From Clostridia bacterium (lineage in GTDB: Bacteria; Bacillota; Clostridia; CAKSNL01; HGM11501): a stretch of 64,000 nucleotides of DNA. Positions 28,239 to 37,996 of the stretch are shown piece by piece. The DNA lies in NCBI GenBank assembly GCA_045588365.1, contig JAZNEB010000003.1, positions 17,004 to 81,003 of the forward strand. The letters are read 5' to 3'. The position numbers and the translations under genes are program-made. A model generated the notes under the pieces. The model was not told where the DNA came from and did no database searches. It saw nothing but the letters and a program-made list of their open reading frames with translations. The stretch's first letter is position 1, and each line of letters opens with the position of its first letter.

Positions 28239-29615
28239 ATGTATACAGATAAGGAAATTAAAGAAATAAAAGAATATGCTGCGAAACACGTTTGCACACA
28301 CTACGCAGTAAATGCAGATATCGACAAGCATCCCAAGATTTACGACAGAAGCGAAGGCGTTTATGTTTATGACATTCACGGAAATCGCTATCTTGACACC
28401 TTCGGTTCACTTTTGACCACAATCTGCGGTCACAACAATCAGGCAATCATGGATGCAATGAACGAACAGTTCAAGAAGATTGACTTCTTCCCCAACTTCG
28501 GTGATGACTATTGTATGCCTGCAATCGAGCTTGCAAAGAGACTTGATAAGGTTATGCCCAAGGGCCTTTCCTCTTATTTCTTTGTATCCAGCGGTTCCGA
28601 AGCTAACGATGCGGCTGTTAAGATGGCTCGTTCCTACCACGTAAACAGAGGGGACGACAAGAGATATAAGGTAATTGCAAGACAGGGTTCTTACCACGGA
28701 ACAACTGTTACAACAATGTCTCTTACCTGCCTTGACTACTTCAGAAAGAACTATGAGCCCATGGTAAATCCCTTTGTTATAAGATCAAAGGGTGCTAACT
28801 GTAAGCACTGCCACTTAGGCAAGAAAAAGGCTAACTGCCAGATGGATTGTATCGAATATTTGAGACAGCTCATAATAGACAACGATCCTGAGACAATCTC
28901 CTGCCTTATCATGGATCCCCTTCCCGGTTCCAACTCAGGTTATCCTGTTCCTCCCGAGGGATACTTACAGCAGGTTAGAGAGCTTTGCGACGAATTTGGT
29001 ATTATCCTTATCTTCGACGAAGTTCAGGTTGGTATCGTAAAGAGCGGTGCAATGTTCGTATCTGAGCTCTTCGGCGTAACTCCCGACATTCTTACAACAG
29101 CTAAGTCCCTTACAAACGGTATGATGCCCATGGGTCTTTGCGCTATGAAGCAGAAGATTATGGATTCCTTCCGTGAAAAGCCCGGCAATGAGTTTGTAAG
29201 CGGTAACACCTTTGGTGCTCACAACCTTGCTTGTGCAGCAGCTATCGCAACACTTGATTACATAGAAGAAAACAAGCTTGTTGAAAGATGTAATATGTTA
29301 AGCGCATACATCAAAGAGGGAATCGAAAAGCTCATGGCTAAATACAATTTCGTATCAGGCTATGAAGGACTCGGTCTTATGCTTTGCATCGAGCTTGCTT
29401 ACACCAAAGACGGTGAGCTTGTTCCCTTAAATCCCGACTACCACGTTGGCACATTTATCAACGACTTCTGCTATGACAACGGTCTTATAATGAGAAACAA
29501 CGACGACTTAATCGTTGTTGCACCTCCCATTGTATTCACAAAGGAAAATGTTGACGAAATGATGGCAACATTTGACAAGGCATTGGCAGCAGCAAAAGAA
29601 AAGTTCAATCTGTAA
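28239..29615 (+). CDS. Class III PLP-dependent aminotransferase
   Basis: SSGSEAND, SYHGTT, IFDEVQVG, PDILTTAKSL (PLP lysine). Confidence 0.94.
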   Translation: MYTDKEIKEIKEYAAKHVCTHYAVNADIDKHPKIYDRSEGVYVYDIHGNRYLDTFGSLLTTICGHNNQAIMDAMNEQFKKIDFFPNFGDDYCMPAIELAKRLDKVMPKGLSSYFFVSSGSEANDAAVKMARSYHVNRGDDKRYKVIARQGSYHGTTVTTMSLTCLDYFRKNYEPMVNPFVIRSKGANCKHCHLGKKKANCQMDCIEYLRQLIIDNDPETISCLIMDPLPGSNSGYPVPPEGYLQQVRELCDEFGIILIFDEVQVGIVKSGAMFVSELFGVTPDILTTAKSLTNGMMPMGLCAMKQKIMDSFREKPGNEFVSGNTFGAHNLACAAAIATLDYIEENKLVERCNMLSAYIKEGIEKLMAKYNFVSGYEGLGLMLCIELAYTKDGELVPLNPDYHVGTFINDFCYDNGLIMRNNDDLIVVAPPIVFTKENVDEMMATFDKALAAAKEKFNL

Positions 29616-29774
29616 TAAAAAAGGAATTATTAAAAAGCCGAGGAAAGCTTTACTTTCCTCGGCTTTTGTTTTATAAGTAGAATGACGGAATATGGAAAAT
29701 TAGATAAACTATGTGTTGCACAATACTCCTGTTTGTGCTAAAATGATGTTACTATAGATAAAGGAGAGAGTGAA

Positions 29775-30065
29775 ATGGAGAGTGAAATGAATTATTTTCC
29801 AATTATTTTAGGGGTGCTGTTATGGTCTGTTATTCCGGGAATCATAGCAAAAGCAAAGAAAAGATCCTTTTGTTCATATTATTTTTTAGGTCTACTGATT
29901 TCTCCTCTTTTTGCAACCGTTGTAATCCTTTTTATGGATAAAGTTGTTGACTACTCGGATGTATTGTTTTCTTATAAATGCTGTGATAAATGTGGCGAAA
30001 GATTGATTATAAATGCTAACTATTGCCGCAAATGTGGTGAACCGACAGAAAAACAGGAGGTATAA
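29775..30065 (+). CDS. Small membrane protein with C-terminal zinc ribbon
   Basis: Two TM segments; CDKCG...YCRKCG. Confidence 0.75.
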   Translation: MESEMNYFPIILGVLLWSVIPGIIAKAKKRSFCSYYFLGLLISPLFATVVILFMDKVVDYSDVLFSYKCCDKCGERLIINANYCRKCGEPTEKQEV

Positions 30066-30067
30066 TT

Positions 30068-30889
30068 ATGAAAAGAGGAATATTCCGTATAATAGCAGGC
30101 GTCATTCTGATATTACTACAGATTTTGATTTTTATCAGGGCTTCTTACGACAGTTTTGGCTATGGCAGCATCAGGTACAGTTCAATCTTTTATTCCGCAG
30201 GTTGCTATGGGCTTGCTTTATTGATTTTTGGAATACAGGCATTTTCTTCGGGAGAAAGGGCAACACTTGTATTGCACAAACAGCAAACTGTTTTTGATAA
30301 GGTGATTAGGTGGGCAGTCGTTGCCTGGTTTGCATGGGAATTGATTAAAGTTACAAAATATTTTATAAGCATTTATTATTTTAGTTTAGTGAATCTTTTT
30401 TGGTATATATTTTTGATTTTCTTTATCATTTATCTGATTTTTTATTACAACAAAAGGGCTTGTTGTTTATTTTCTGCGGCTTTGCTTTTTTACAGTATAA
30501 ATGGTCTTTCTTCTATCGGTTCGAGTATATATTATATATTAGATGAACCGGTACGCATATTGCAGAGTGTCTTAAATATTATTAACAGTTTGTTCTATAT
30601 AATTATTGCCGTAAGGCTTTACAGAGAGAAATTTTCTGTAAAGCGAATTAAAATTTTAGGATATGCGACTTTTATTATACATATTTTAGCCGATTATATA
30701 CTTGGTATGGTTATTTATGAAACTTTTCTCTCTCCGCTATTTTTGATTACACCCGGAATAATTTTTTATTATATATCTATTGCCCAGATGAATGAGCCAG
30801 AATACGAGAAAATTGTAAAATGCAGGATGTGTAAAAGTGATTTGTTAAACGACAGTATATATTGTCATAAATGTGGAGAAAAACAATAG
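30068..30889 (+). CDS. Multi-TM membrane protein with C-terminal zinc ribbon
   Basis: About 8 hydrophobic segments; CRMC...YCHKCG; SD AGGAGG. Confidence 0.75.
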   Translation: MKRGIFRIIAGVILILLQILIFIRASYDSFGYGSIRYSSIFYSAGCYGLALLIFGIQAFSSGERATLVLHKQQTVFDKVIRWAVVAWFAWELIKVTKYFISIYYFSLVNLFWYIFLIFFIIYLIFYYNKRACCLFSAALLFYSINGLSSIGSSIYYILDEPVRILQSVLNIINSLFYIIIAVRLYREKFSVKRIKILGYATFIIHILADYILGMVIYETFLSPLFLITPGIIFYYISIAQMNEPEYEKIVKCRMCKSDLLNDSIYCHKCGEKQ

Positions 30890-30981
30890 AGACATAAAAG
30901 ATTTACACAGTTAAAAAAGAGATAACTTCTTAATTTGGACTTGAATAAAGCCGAGGAAAGCTTTACTTTCCTCGTCTTTTT

Positions 30982-31677
30982 TTATTCTGTTATAACACCG
31001 CTTAAATCATCTTTGTTGCAGAGTGTATTTAAGTATTTTTTACCGAATTTGGATTTATCGCAAAGAAGATAGCTTTCTTTTGAATTTGTTATCATAATTT
31101 TCCGCATTACATTTTCAAGGATGGAGTTGTCGGAGACAACACCGTCCTCGCTTAATCCACGGCAGGAGAAAAATGCCACATCCGCATTATAGTTTCTTAA
31201 AGTCGCCTCGGCATCAGGCCCTATATAAGAAAAAGATTCGAGAGTCATTTCACCGCCGGTACAAATGGTCTTTATGCCAAGAGCGGCGGCATCCAAGGCA
31301 GTTTTCGCTCCGTTTGTAATTAAAAGAATGTTTTTAAATGAGGCAAGATGGGGAATAAGGTGATATGCAGTTGTGGAGGCATCAAGCATAATGACGTTAC
31401 CGTCTTTTATATGAGATAATGCCTTTAATGCAATTTCCTTTTTCACCTGCTGATGCTCTAAGTCCCTTATGAAAAGAGGAATTCTTTTATCCGCATAGTT
31501 AATTTTTAATTTAACAGTTCCCCTTTTGCAAAAAACGATGTCCTTTTTCTCAAGGGCTGTTATATCCCTTCTTACCGTGGGCTCACTTATAAAAAGCTTT
31601 TCGGAAAGCTCCCTGACTGAAAAATCCCTTTCTGATAAAAGATTTATATACTGTTGTTCTCTTTCGTAGATAGACAT
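30982..31677 (-). CDS. DeoR/GlpR family transcriptional regulator
   Basis: ISEPTVRRDI HTH; MLDASTT; DKSKF. Confidence 0.92.
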   Translation of the reverse strand: MSIYEREQQYINLLSERDFSVRELSEKLFISEPTVRRDITALEKKDIVFCKRGTVKLKINYADKRIPLFIRDLEHQQVKKEIALKALSHIKDGNVIMLDASTTAYHLIPHLASFKNILLITNGAKTALDAAALGIKTICTGGEMTLESFSYIGPDAEATLRNYNADVAFFSCRGLSEDGVVSDNSILENVMRKIMITNSKESYLLCDKSKFGKKYLNTLCNKDDLSGVITE

Positions 31678-31795
31678 ATAATCACCTTTTTTTCATTTCT
31701 ATCATTATTATAATCAAATTATGATTATTTTGTCAATATAAATAACAGATATTGAATATTTTTTGATTTGTGATACTATTATATGGGGTGATTTT

Positions 31796-33109
31796 ATGAG
31801 TATTGAACTTTTGGACAATATTAACGGAAAAGAATGTTCCTGCAAAAAGGAGCATGTATTTAATTGCAGGATAATATCAGGAGAGGGAGCAATTAAAAAG
31901 CTGCCCGGGGAAGCAAAAAATTATAACGCAAAGAAGGTTTATCTTATCGCAGATAAAAACACCTATGCTGTTGCAGGAGAAACAGCTAAGAAGCTTTTAG
32001 AAGAAAGCGGAATAAAGGTATTTACATACATTTTTAAAAGCGAAGAGTTAGAACCAGACGAAGCCAATGTGGGACTTGCCATAATGAACTTTCCCAAGGA
32101 ATGTGATTTGGTTTTGGGCGTTGGCTCGGGAGTTATAAACGATATAAGTAAAATAACAGCCAATGTATCGGGAAAGCCCTATATAATAGTTGCAACGGCA
32201 CCTTCCATGGACGGTTATGCATCGGGAAGCTCTTCCATGACCATGGAGGGACTTAAAATTTCATTAAACAGCAAGTGCCCCGACTCTATTATTGGAGATA
32301 CGGATATTTTGTGCACCGCTCCCATAAAAATGATGCAGTCGGGTCTTGGCGATATGCTTGCAAAATATGTGAGCATTTTGGAATGGAGAATAGCAAACCT
32401 CATTACGGGAGAGTATTACTGCGAAAAAATAGCCGACCTTGTAAGAAAGTCTCTTAAAAAGTGTGTTGACAATGCAGGAGGCCTTCTTAAAAAGGATAAA
32501 AAAGCGGTAGAGGCAGTTTTCGAGGGCTTGGTGTCGACAGGTGTAGCCATGAATATTGCAGGGGTTTCAAGACCTGCTTCAGGAATAGAACATTATATAT
32601 CCCATGTATGGGATATGAGAAAGGTATCTTTCGGAACTTATGCAGATTCCCACGGAATTCAGTGTGCTATGGGAACTTTGATTGCAGCGGGTCTTTATGA
32701 AAAGCTCGCTTTAATAACTCCCGACGCCGAAAAAGCAAAAAATTATGCAGAAAGCTTCAGCTTTTATGACTGGAGTGAAAAGCTCAGGGAATTTTTGGGC
32801 AAGGGAGCCGAAGCTATGATTGCTTTGGAGGAAAAAGAAAAGAAGTATGATGAAAAAAAGCATAAGGAAAGACTTAAAAAGATAATTGATAACTGGGAAT
32901 CTATCTTAACCATGATAAAAGAGGAATTGCCGTCATATAATGACCTTTTGGCATTGTTTGAAAAAACAGGTCTGCCATCTAAGTTAGAGGACATAAATAT
33001 AGACGAGGAAATTTTGCCCCTTACCATAAAGGCATCAAAGGATATAAGAGATAAATATGTCTTGTCCCGACTTTTATGGGATTTGGGTGTTTTGGATGAG
33101 ATAATTTAA
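31796..33109 (+). CDS. sn-glycerol-1-phosphate dehydrogenase (AraM/EgsA-like)
   Basis: GSGVINDISK, TAPSMDGYAS, SRPASGIEHYISH, HGIQ. Confidence 0.88.
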   Translation: MSIELLDNINGKECSCKKEHVFNCRIISGEGAIKKLPGEAKNYNAKKVYLIADKNTYAVAGETAKKLLEESGIKVFTYIFKSEELEPDEANVGLAIMNFPKECDLVLGVGSGVINDISKITANVSGKPYIIVATAPSMDGYASGSSSMTMEGLKISLNSKCPDSIIGDTDILCTAPIKMMQSGLGDMLAKYVSILEWRIANLITGEYYCEKIADLVRKSLKKCVDNAGGLLKKDKKAVEAVFEGLVSTGVAMNIAGVSRPASGIEHYISHVWDMRKVSFGTYADSHGIQCAMGTLIAAGLYEKLALITPDAEKAKNYAESFSFYDWSEKLREFLGKGAEAMIALEEKEKKYDEKKHKERLKKIIDNWESILTMIKEELPSYNDLLALFEKTGLPSKLEDINIDEEILPLTIKASKDIRDKYVLSRLLWDLGVLDEII

Positions 33110-33117
33110 GGAGAAAA

Positions 33118-33297
33118 ATGATGGAATTTAACTACGCAAAAAATATAGATGTCATAGAAGAAACCGATGTTTTGGTTGTTGGCGGAGGCCCTTCAGGAAT
33201 CAGTGAGGCTTTAAGCATCAAAGAAGGTGTTTCTCCAAGAGAGCTTGGAGCAGAAAAGGTAAGAGAAGCTCTTAAAAGACAAGGGGTGGAACTGTAG
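33118..33297 (+). pseudogene. Internally deleted FAD-dependent oxidoreductase remnant (59 aa)
   Basis: N-terminal DVLVVGGGPSG fused in frame to a C-terminal-type ALSIKEGVSPREL...LKRQG; SD AAGGAG. Confidence 0.7.
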
Positions 33298-33299
33298 AT

Positions 33300-35141
33300 A
33301 TGAAAAAAATAAGATACGAAGAATACGAGTTTGCAGTAATAGGTGGCGGTATGTCAGGGCTTTGCGCAGCCTTGGCTGCTGCGAGACACGGAGTAAAAAC
33401 AGTTTTAATTCACGCCCGCCCCGTTCTTGGTGGCAACGCCTCAAGCGAAATCAGGATGCATATATGCGGAGCCGATGAAAACGGTCATAAACCACATCTT
33501 ACCGAAGGTGGTATTTTACACGAAATATTATTAAAAAACAAAAGCAGGAACGACCACTTCAGCTATGCACTCTGGGATATGACCTTATATGAAATTGCCA
33601 GAGAAGAACCGAATTTAACGGTGTATTACAATACGAGTATGACAGATTGCAAAACGGAGAATGAAAAAATAGTTTCTGTAATGTGTTATCAGGGAACAAC
33701 TGAGTTTCATATAGAAATAAAGGCGGAATTTTTTGCAGACTGTACGGGAAACGGAACCTTGGGCTATTTTGCAGGAGCAGAATATAAAGAGGGCAGCGAA
33801 AGCAAGGCGGAATATTCAGAGCCTCACGCTCCCGAAGAGGCAAATAATGAAAGAATGGGAAACACCATTTTATTTAAGGCAGTAAAAAGAGATAATCCTG
33901 TAAGTTATAATCCCCCTGCAGTCGCTAAAAAGCTCACAGAGGAACAGTTAAAATACAGACTTCACTCGGCATTCCATACGGTAGATGCTTCATCTGCAAG
34001 TGATCCCGAAGCCTTTACCCGTGCAACCACGGGAAGCAATACGTCGGTTGATTACGGCTATTGGTGGATAGAGCTCATGGGCGAAGGTGATGATTTTGTG
34101 GGTCAGTATGAAGATATAAAGGATGAGCTTTTATCCTATGTTTACGGTATGTGGGACCATCTTAAAAACGGAGGAGAGCACGGCGCCCAATATTACGAGC
34201 TTGAATGGGTGGGCATGCTCCCCGGTATGAGAGAAAGCCGCCGTTTGGTGGGGGATTACCTCCTTAACGAAAACGATGTTTTTGAAAACCGCATTTTCCC
34301 AGATGCCGTTGCATACGGCGGCTGGCCTGTTGATGTTCACTGTGCCAACGGTCTTTTGGATTTTCACATTTTGCCAAGTGAAGTTTATGCTTTTCCCGGT
34401 GCTTATACAATCCCCTGGAGATGCTATTATTCAAAGAATATAAAAAATCTTTTGATGGCAGGAAGAAATATAAGTACAACGAGAATGGCTCTTGGAAGTA
34501 CAAGAATTATGGGAACCTGCTCCGTAGGCGGTCAGGCGGTGGGAACGGCGGTCAGCCTTATGAAAAAGTATAATTGCCTGCCCCGTGAGCTTTCTTCTCA
34601 CATAAAGGAGCTTCAGCAGCTTATATTAAAGGACGACGGATTTATCCCGGGAGTTTATAACGAGGATGAAAGGGATTTAGCTCTTACCTCGAAAGTTACG
34701 GCATCATCAGAAAAAGAAGGATATGAACCATCTTCAGTAATAAATAAAGTGAGCCGTCCCACAAACGAGGGGGAAAATGCCTGGCATTCGGATAAAATAT
34801 CGGAAAATGGAGAATGGCTTAATTTTGAATTAAAGGAAAAGGCGAAGGTATCTTTAGTTCAGCTGACCTTTGATTCGGGCTTTGCCTATCCCATAAAAAT
34901 AACCTTGTCCGATAAAAGACGAAATATGCAAAGAAAGGGAATACCCCCTGAACTGGTAAAGGATTTTAAGGTGGAGCTTTCTTTAAAAGGAAAAACCGTT
35001 TTGGAAAAAGAAATCCGTGATAACAATGTGCGACTTTGCAGGGTTGATATTGAGCCAACAGAATGCGACAGAGTTAAAATCACATTCCAAAAAACCAACG
35101 GAGCAGAGGAAATCCGGGTTTTTGAAGTAAGAATAAATTAA
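33300..35141 (+). CDS. FAD-dependent oxidoreductase with C-terminal F5/8-type (discoidin-like) domain
   Basis: VIGGGMSG, LGGNASSEIR, DCTGNG, RESRRLVG, RIMGTC. Confidence 0.88.
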   Translation: MKKIRYEEYEFAVIGGGMSGLCAALAAARHGVKTVLIHARPVLGGNASSEIRMHICGADENGHKPHLTEGGILHEILLKNKSRNDHFSYALWDMTLYEIAREEPNLTVYYNTSMTDCKTENEKIVSVMCYQGTTEFHIEIKAEFFADCTGNGTLGYFAGAEYKEGSESKAEYSEPHAPEEANNERMGNTILFKAVKRDNPVSYNPPAVAKKLTEEQLKYRLHSAFHTVDASSASDPEAFTRATTGSNTSVDYGYWWIELMGEGDDFVGQYEDIKDELLSYVYGMWDHLKNGGEHGAQYYELEWVGMLPGMRESRRLVGDYLLNENDVFENRIFPDAVAYGGWPVDVHCANGLLDFHILPSEVYAFPGAYTIPWRCYYSKNIKNLLMAGRNISTTRMALGSTRIMGTCSVGGQAVGTAVSLMKKYNCLPRELSSHIKELQQLILKDDGFIPGVYNEDERDLALTSKVTASSEKEGYEPSSVINKVSRPTNEGENAWHSDKISENGEWLNFELKEKAKVSLVQLTFDSGFAYPIKITLSDKRRNMQRKGIPPELVKDFKVELSLKGKTVLEKEIRDNNVRLCRVDIEPTECDRVKITFQKTNGAEEIRVFEVRIN

Positions 35142-35163
35142 AAAATAAAAGTCCTATGGACTT

Positions 35164-35976
35164 TTATTTTTTTGTTTTTATATAGTTTTTTGGAGATGCC
35201 CCTGTTTCTTTTTTGAAAAAGCGACTGAAATAAAGGCTGTCGGAAAAGCCTAAGGACGAGGCAATTTCAGATACGGATAAAGTTGTATCTGATAAAAGCT
35301 CTATGGACTTGCTTTTGGTAAGCTCTGCTATATAGCGGTGTGGGGTCATTCCTTTTAGACTTTTGAAAGAACGGAGAAAATGATACTCGCTTAAATTGCA
35401 CATTTTAGCAAGGTCCGAATTATTTATCTCATTCATATTTTTGCTTTGCATATATAAAATTACTTTATCCATAGGATTTTCAGGAGAGTGAACTCTTTTT
35501 GATATAAGGGATAAAAGCATATAGATAGAAGAGGATAAATAATCCTCCGTGGTAAAATCCTTTGATGCCACTGCCTTTGCCATATCCTCCATTGTTTTTT
35601 TAAAAGGGTAAAAATCTCCTACGTTAAAGATTTTTTCTGAAAGATTAAGCCTTGAAAGAAGAGAAGCGACTCCCTTGCCCGTAAAGTGAATCCAGTAATA
35701 ATCTGTATAAGAGCCCTTCAGAAATTCATAATGGTTTTTTTCCCCGGGGCAGATTAAAACCACGTGCCCGCTTTTAATATCAGTCAATTCTCCATCAACT
35801 AAAAAACGGCCTTCGCCTCTATCTATGTATATTATCTGATAGTCCAGTCTGCCGTACTCACGTCTGATACAAACATCTACGTCGATTTCTTTTGTATAGC
35901 CGAAGTTATTTACAGAAAGATAGTCCTCGGATTTTTTATCGGTGTTTAAATACCCTTTTCCATAATAGCTTATCAT
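35164..35976 (-). CDS. AraC family transcriptional regulator
   Basis: YWIHF cupin; LSVSEIASSLGFSDSLYFSRFFKK. Confidence 0.94.
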   Translation of the reverse strand: MISYYGKGYLNTDKKSEDYLSVNNFGYTKEIDVDVCIRREYGRLDYQIIYIDRGEGRFLVDGELTDIKSGHVVLICPGEKNHYEFLKGSYTDYYWIHFTGKGVASLLSRLNLSEKIFNVGDFYPFKKTMEDMAKAVASKDFTTEDYLSSSIYMLLSLISKRVHSPENPMDKVILYMQSKNMNEINNSDLAKMCNLSEYHFLRSFKSLKGMTPHRYIAELTKSKSIELLSDTTLSVSEIASSLGFSDSLYFSRFFKKETGASPKNYIKTKK

Positions 35977-35988
35977 AAAAAACCTCCT

Positions 35989-36022
35989 TAAGCCTTATGG
36001 GGACAGACTCCCCTTGGCTTAA
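35989..36022 (+). repeat. 34-bp palindromic REP-like element, copy 3
   Basis: TAAGCCTTATGGGGACAGACTCCCCTTGGCTTAA. Confidence 0.8.
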
Positions 36023-36189
36023 GCAGATACTAACGCATCTGCTTAAAGCTTTAGTGAATTATATAATAAAAAGCTTTATCTGTCAAACAAAAAAGCAATT
36101 TTATCCATATAAAAATCACTTTTATGTATGGAAATTACAGTGTTTATTTATTATACTGTACTCAAAAAATCTATATCGGAGGGCTTCTT

Positions 36190-37932
36190 ATGATAAGCTA
36201 TGATGAGAAACATTTTTATATTAACGGCGAAAAAACCAAGATAGTTTCAGGAGCTATACACTATTTCCGTATAGTTCCCGAATACTGGCAGGACAGACTT
36301 CTTAAACTTAAAGAAATGGGATGTAACTGTGTAGAAACTTATATATGCTGGAATCTTCACGAAAAAACCGAGGGAAACTTCGACTTTTCGGGAGCACTTG
36401 ATTTCGGGAAGTTTTTAGATATGGCAAATGATATGGGACTTTACGCCATTGTACGTCCCGGCCCCTATATATGCTCCGAATGGGATATGGGAGGTCTTCC
36501 CTGGTGGATACTTAAATACCGTGATATTGAGTTAAGATGTAAAAACGAGCGCTACCTAAAACTTTGCACTCCTTATCTTGAAAAGGTGTGTGAAATAATA
36601 AAGCCCCGACTTCATTCTCATGGTGGTAACGTTATATTGTTGCAGATAGAAAACGAATACGGAAGCTACGGAAACGACAAAGGTTATCTAAAGTGGCTTT
36701 GTAACTTCTATTTGGCAAGAGGAATAGATTGCCCTTTTATAACCTCTGATGGGGAGACGAATTTCCTTCTTCGTGCAGGTACGCTCCCGGGAGTTTTGGC
36801 GTCGGTAAATTACCGTAATGAATCAGAAAAGTGTGTGGGAAGGTTAAAGGCTTTCAGGAAGAACCAGCCCGGTGCTGTAATGGAGCTATGGAACGGAATG
36901 GGAATGCGCTGGGGAACCAAGTTTGAACGAAGAAATGTTGATGAAGTAAAAGAATCGGTTAAAAGTGCCCTTAAATATGCTGAGCTTGTTAATCTCTACA
37001 TGTTCCACGGAGGTACAACCTTTGGCTTTATGAACGGAGCCCTTGATTTCGGAAAAGAATTTTTAGTGCAGATGTCAAGCTATGATGTGGATGCTCCTTT
37101 GGATGAGTGCGGCAGAAGAACAGAAAAATATTATGCAGAGCAGGAAGTAATCTGTAATGAGATGGGAAAGACAATTGAAAACTCTGCCACGGATACAGTT
37201 CTTTACCCTTATGAGTGTATAAAGACCGGCGAGGCTTCTCTTACAGAAAGCGGAGCTTATGTAAAAACACAAAAATCCGTAATGCCTATGTCTATGGAGT
37301 TTTACGACCAGGGATATGGTTACATAGTGTACGAAACGGATATTTTCGTGGATAAAAATGAAGGGATAGTTAATCTTCCTGAAATTCACGACGTGGCTCA
37401 TATTTATATTGACGGGGAATATAAAAAGACTCTGGAGCGTTATAGCATAGAGAAAACCGTAGAAGCAGAAGCCGGAGAGCATCGCCTTTCGATATTGGTG
37501 GAAAATTTAGGCAGAGTAAACTTTGGAACTAAGCTTAAGGACTATAAGGGCTTGGTGGGAAATATCATTCTTCACGATAATTTATATGGAGCAAATCATA
37601 CATTATCGGGCTTTATGGTGCACTCACTGCCTCTTGAAACACTGCCCAAAGAATACAAGGGAAAAGCCAAGGTAAACGAGCCTGCATTTTATGAATATGA
37701 AATTACTGCCGAAAAGGTTTATGATACAGTAGTAAACTTAAAGGGTTTTACCCGTGGAGTTGCTTTTATCAATGGGATAAATCTGGGAAGACACTGGAAT
37801 ATAAAAAATTCGGACAATAAGCTTTTTATCCCTGCACCTTTCATTAAAGAGGGAAAAAATTCACTTGTGATATTTGACATTTTAGCAAAGGACGAAGAAA
37901 AACAGGTGGTTTTCGGCGAAGTTAAAGGGTGA
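36190..37932 (+). CDS. Glycoside hydrolase family 35 beta-galactosidase
   Basis: SGAIHYFR, RPGPYICSEW, QIENEYG, NLYMFHGGT. Confidence 0.93.
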   Translation: MISYDEKHFYINGEKTKIVSGAIHYFRIVPEYWQDRLLKLKEMGCNCVETYICWNLHEKTEGNFDFSGALDFGKFLDMANDMGLYAIVRPGPYICSEWDMGGLPWWILKYRDIELRCKNERYLKLCTPYLEKVCEIIKPRLHSHGGNVILLQIENEYGSYGNDKGYLKWLCNFYLARGIDCPFITSDGETNFLLRAGTLPGVLASVNYRNESEKCVGRLKAFRKNQPGAVMELWNGMGMRWGTKFERRNVDEVKESVKSALKYAELVNLYMFHGGTTFGFMNGALDFGKEFLVQMSSYDVDAPLDECGRRTEKYYAEQEVICNEMGKTIENSATDTVLYPYECIKTGEASLTESGAYVKTQKSVMPMSMEFYDQGYGYIVYETDIFVDKNEGIVNLPEIHDVAHIYIDGEYKKTLERYSIEKTVEAEAGEHRLSILVENLGRVNFGTKLKDYKGLVGNIILHDNLYGANHTLSGFMVHSLPLETLPKEYKGKAKVNEPAFYEYEITAEKVYDTVVNLKGFTRGVAFINGINLGRHWNIKNSDNKLFIPAPFIKEGKNSLVIFDILAKDEEKQVVFGEVKG

Positions 37933-37996
37933 TTTTCCTTGCATTTTTTAATCCTCTATGGTAAAATGGTCGTGAATAAAATGTTGGAGGGTAATT

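Larger units (their letters stand above)
29634..30974. repeat. 28-bp direct repeat of a terminator hairpin (29634-29661, 30947-30974) flanking a two-gene cassette
   Basis: AAAGCCGAGGAAAGCTTTACTTTCCTCG identical at both sites. Confidence 0.88.
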
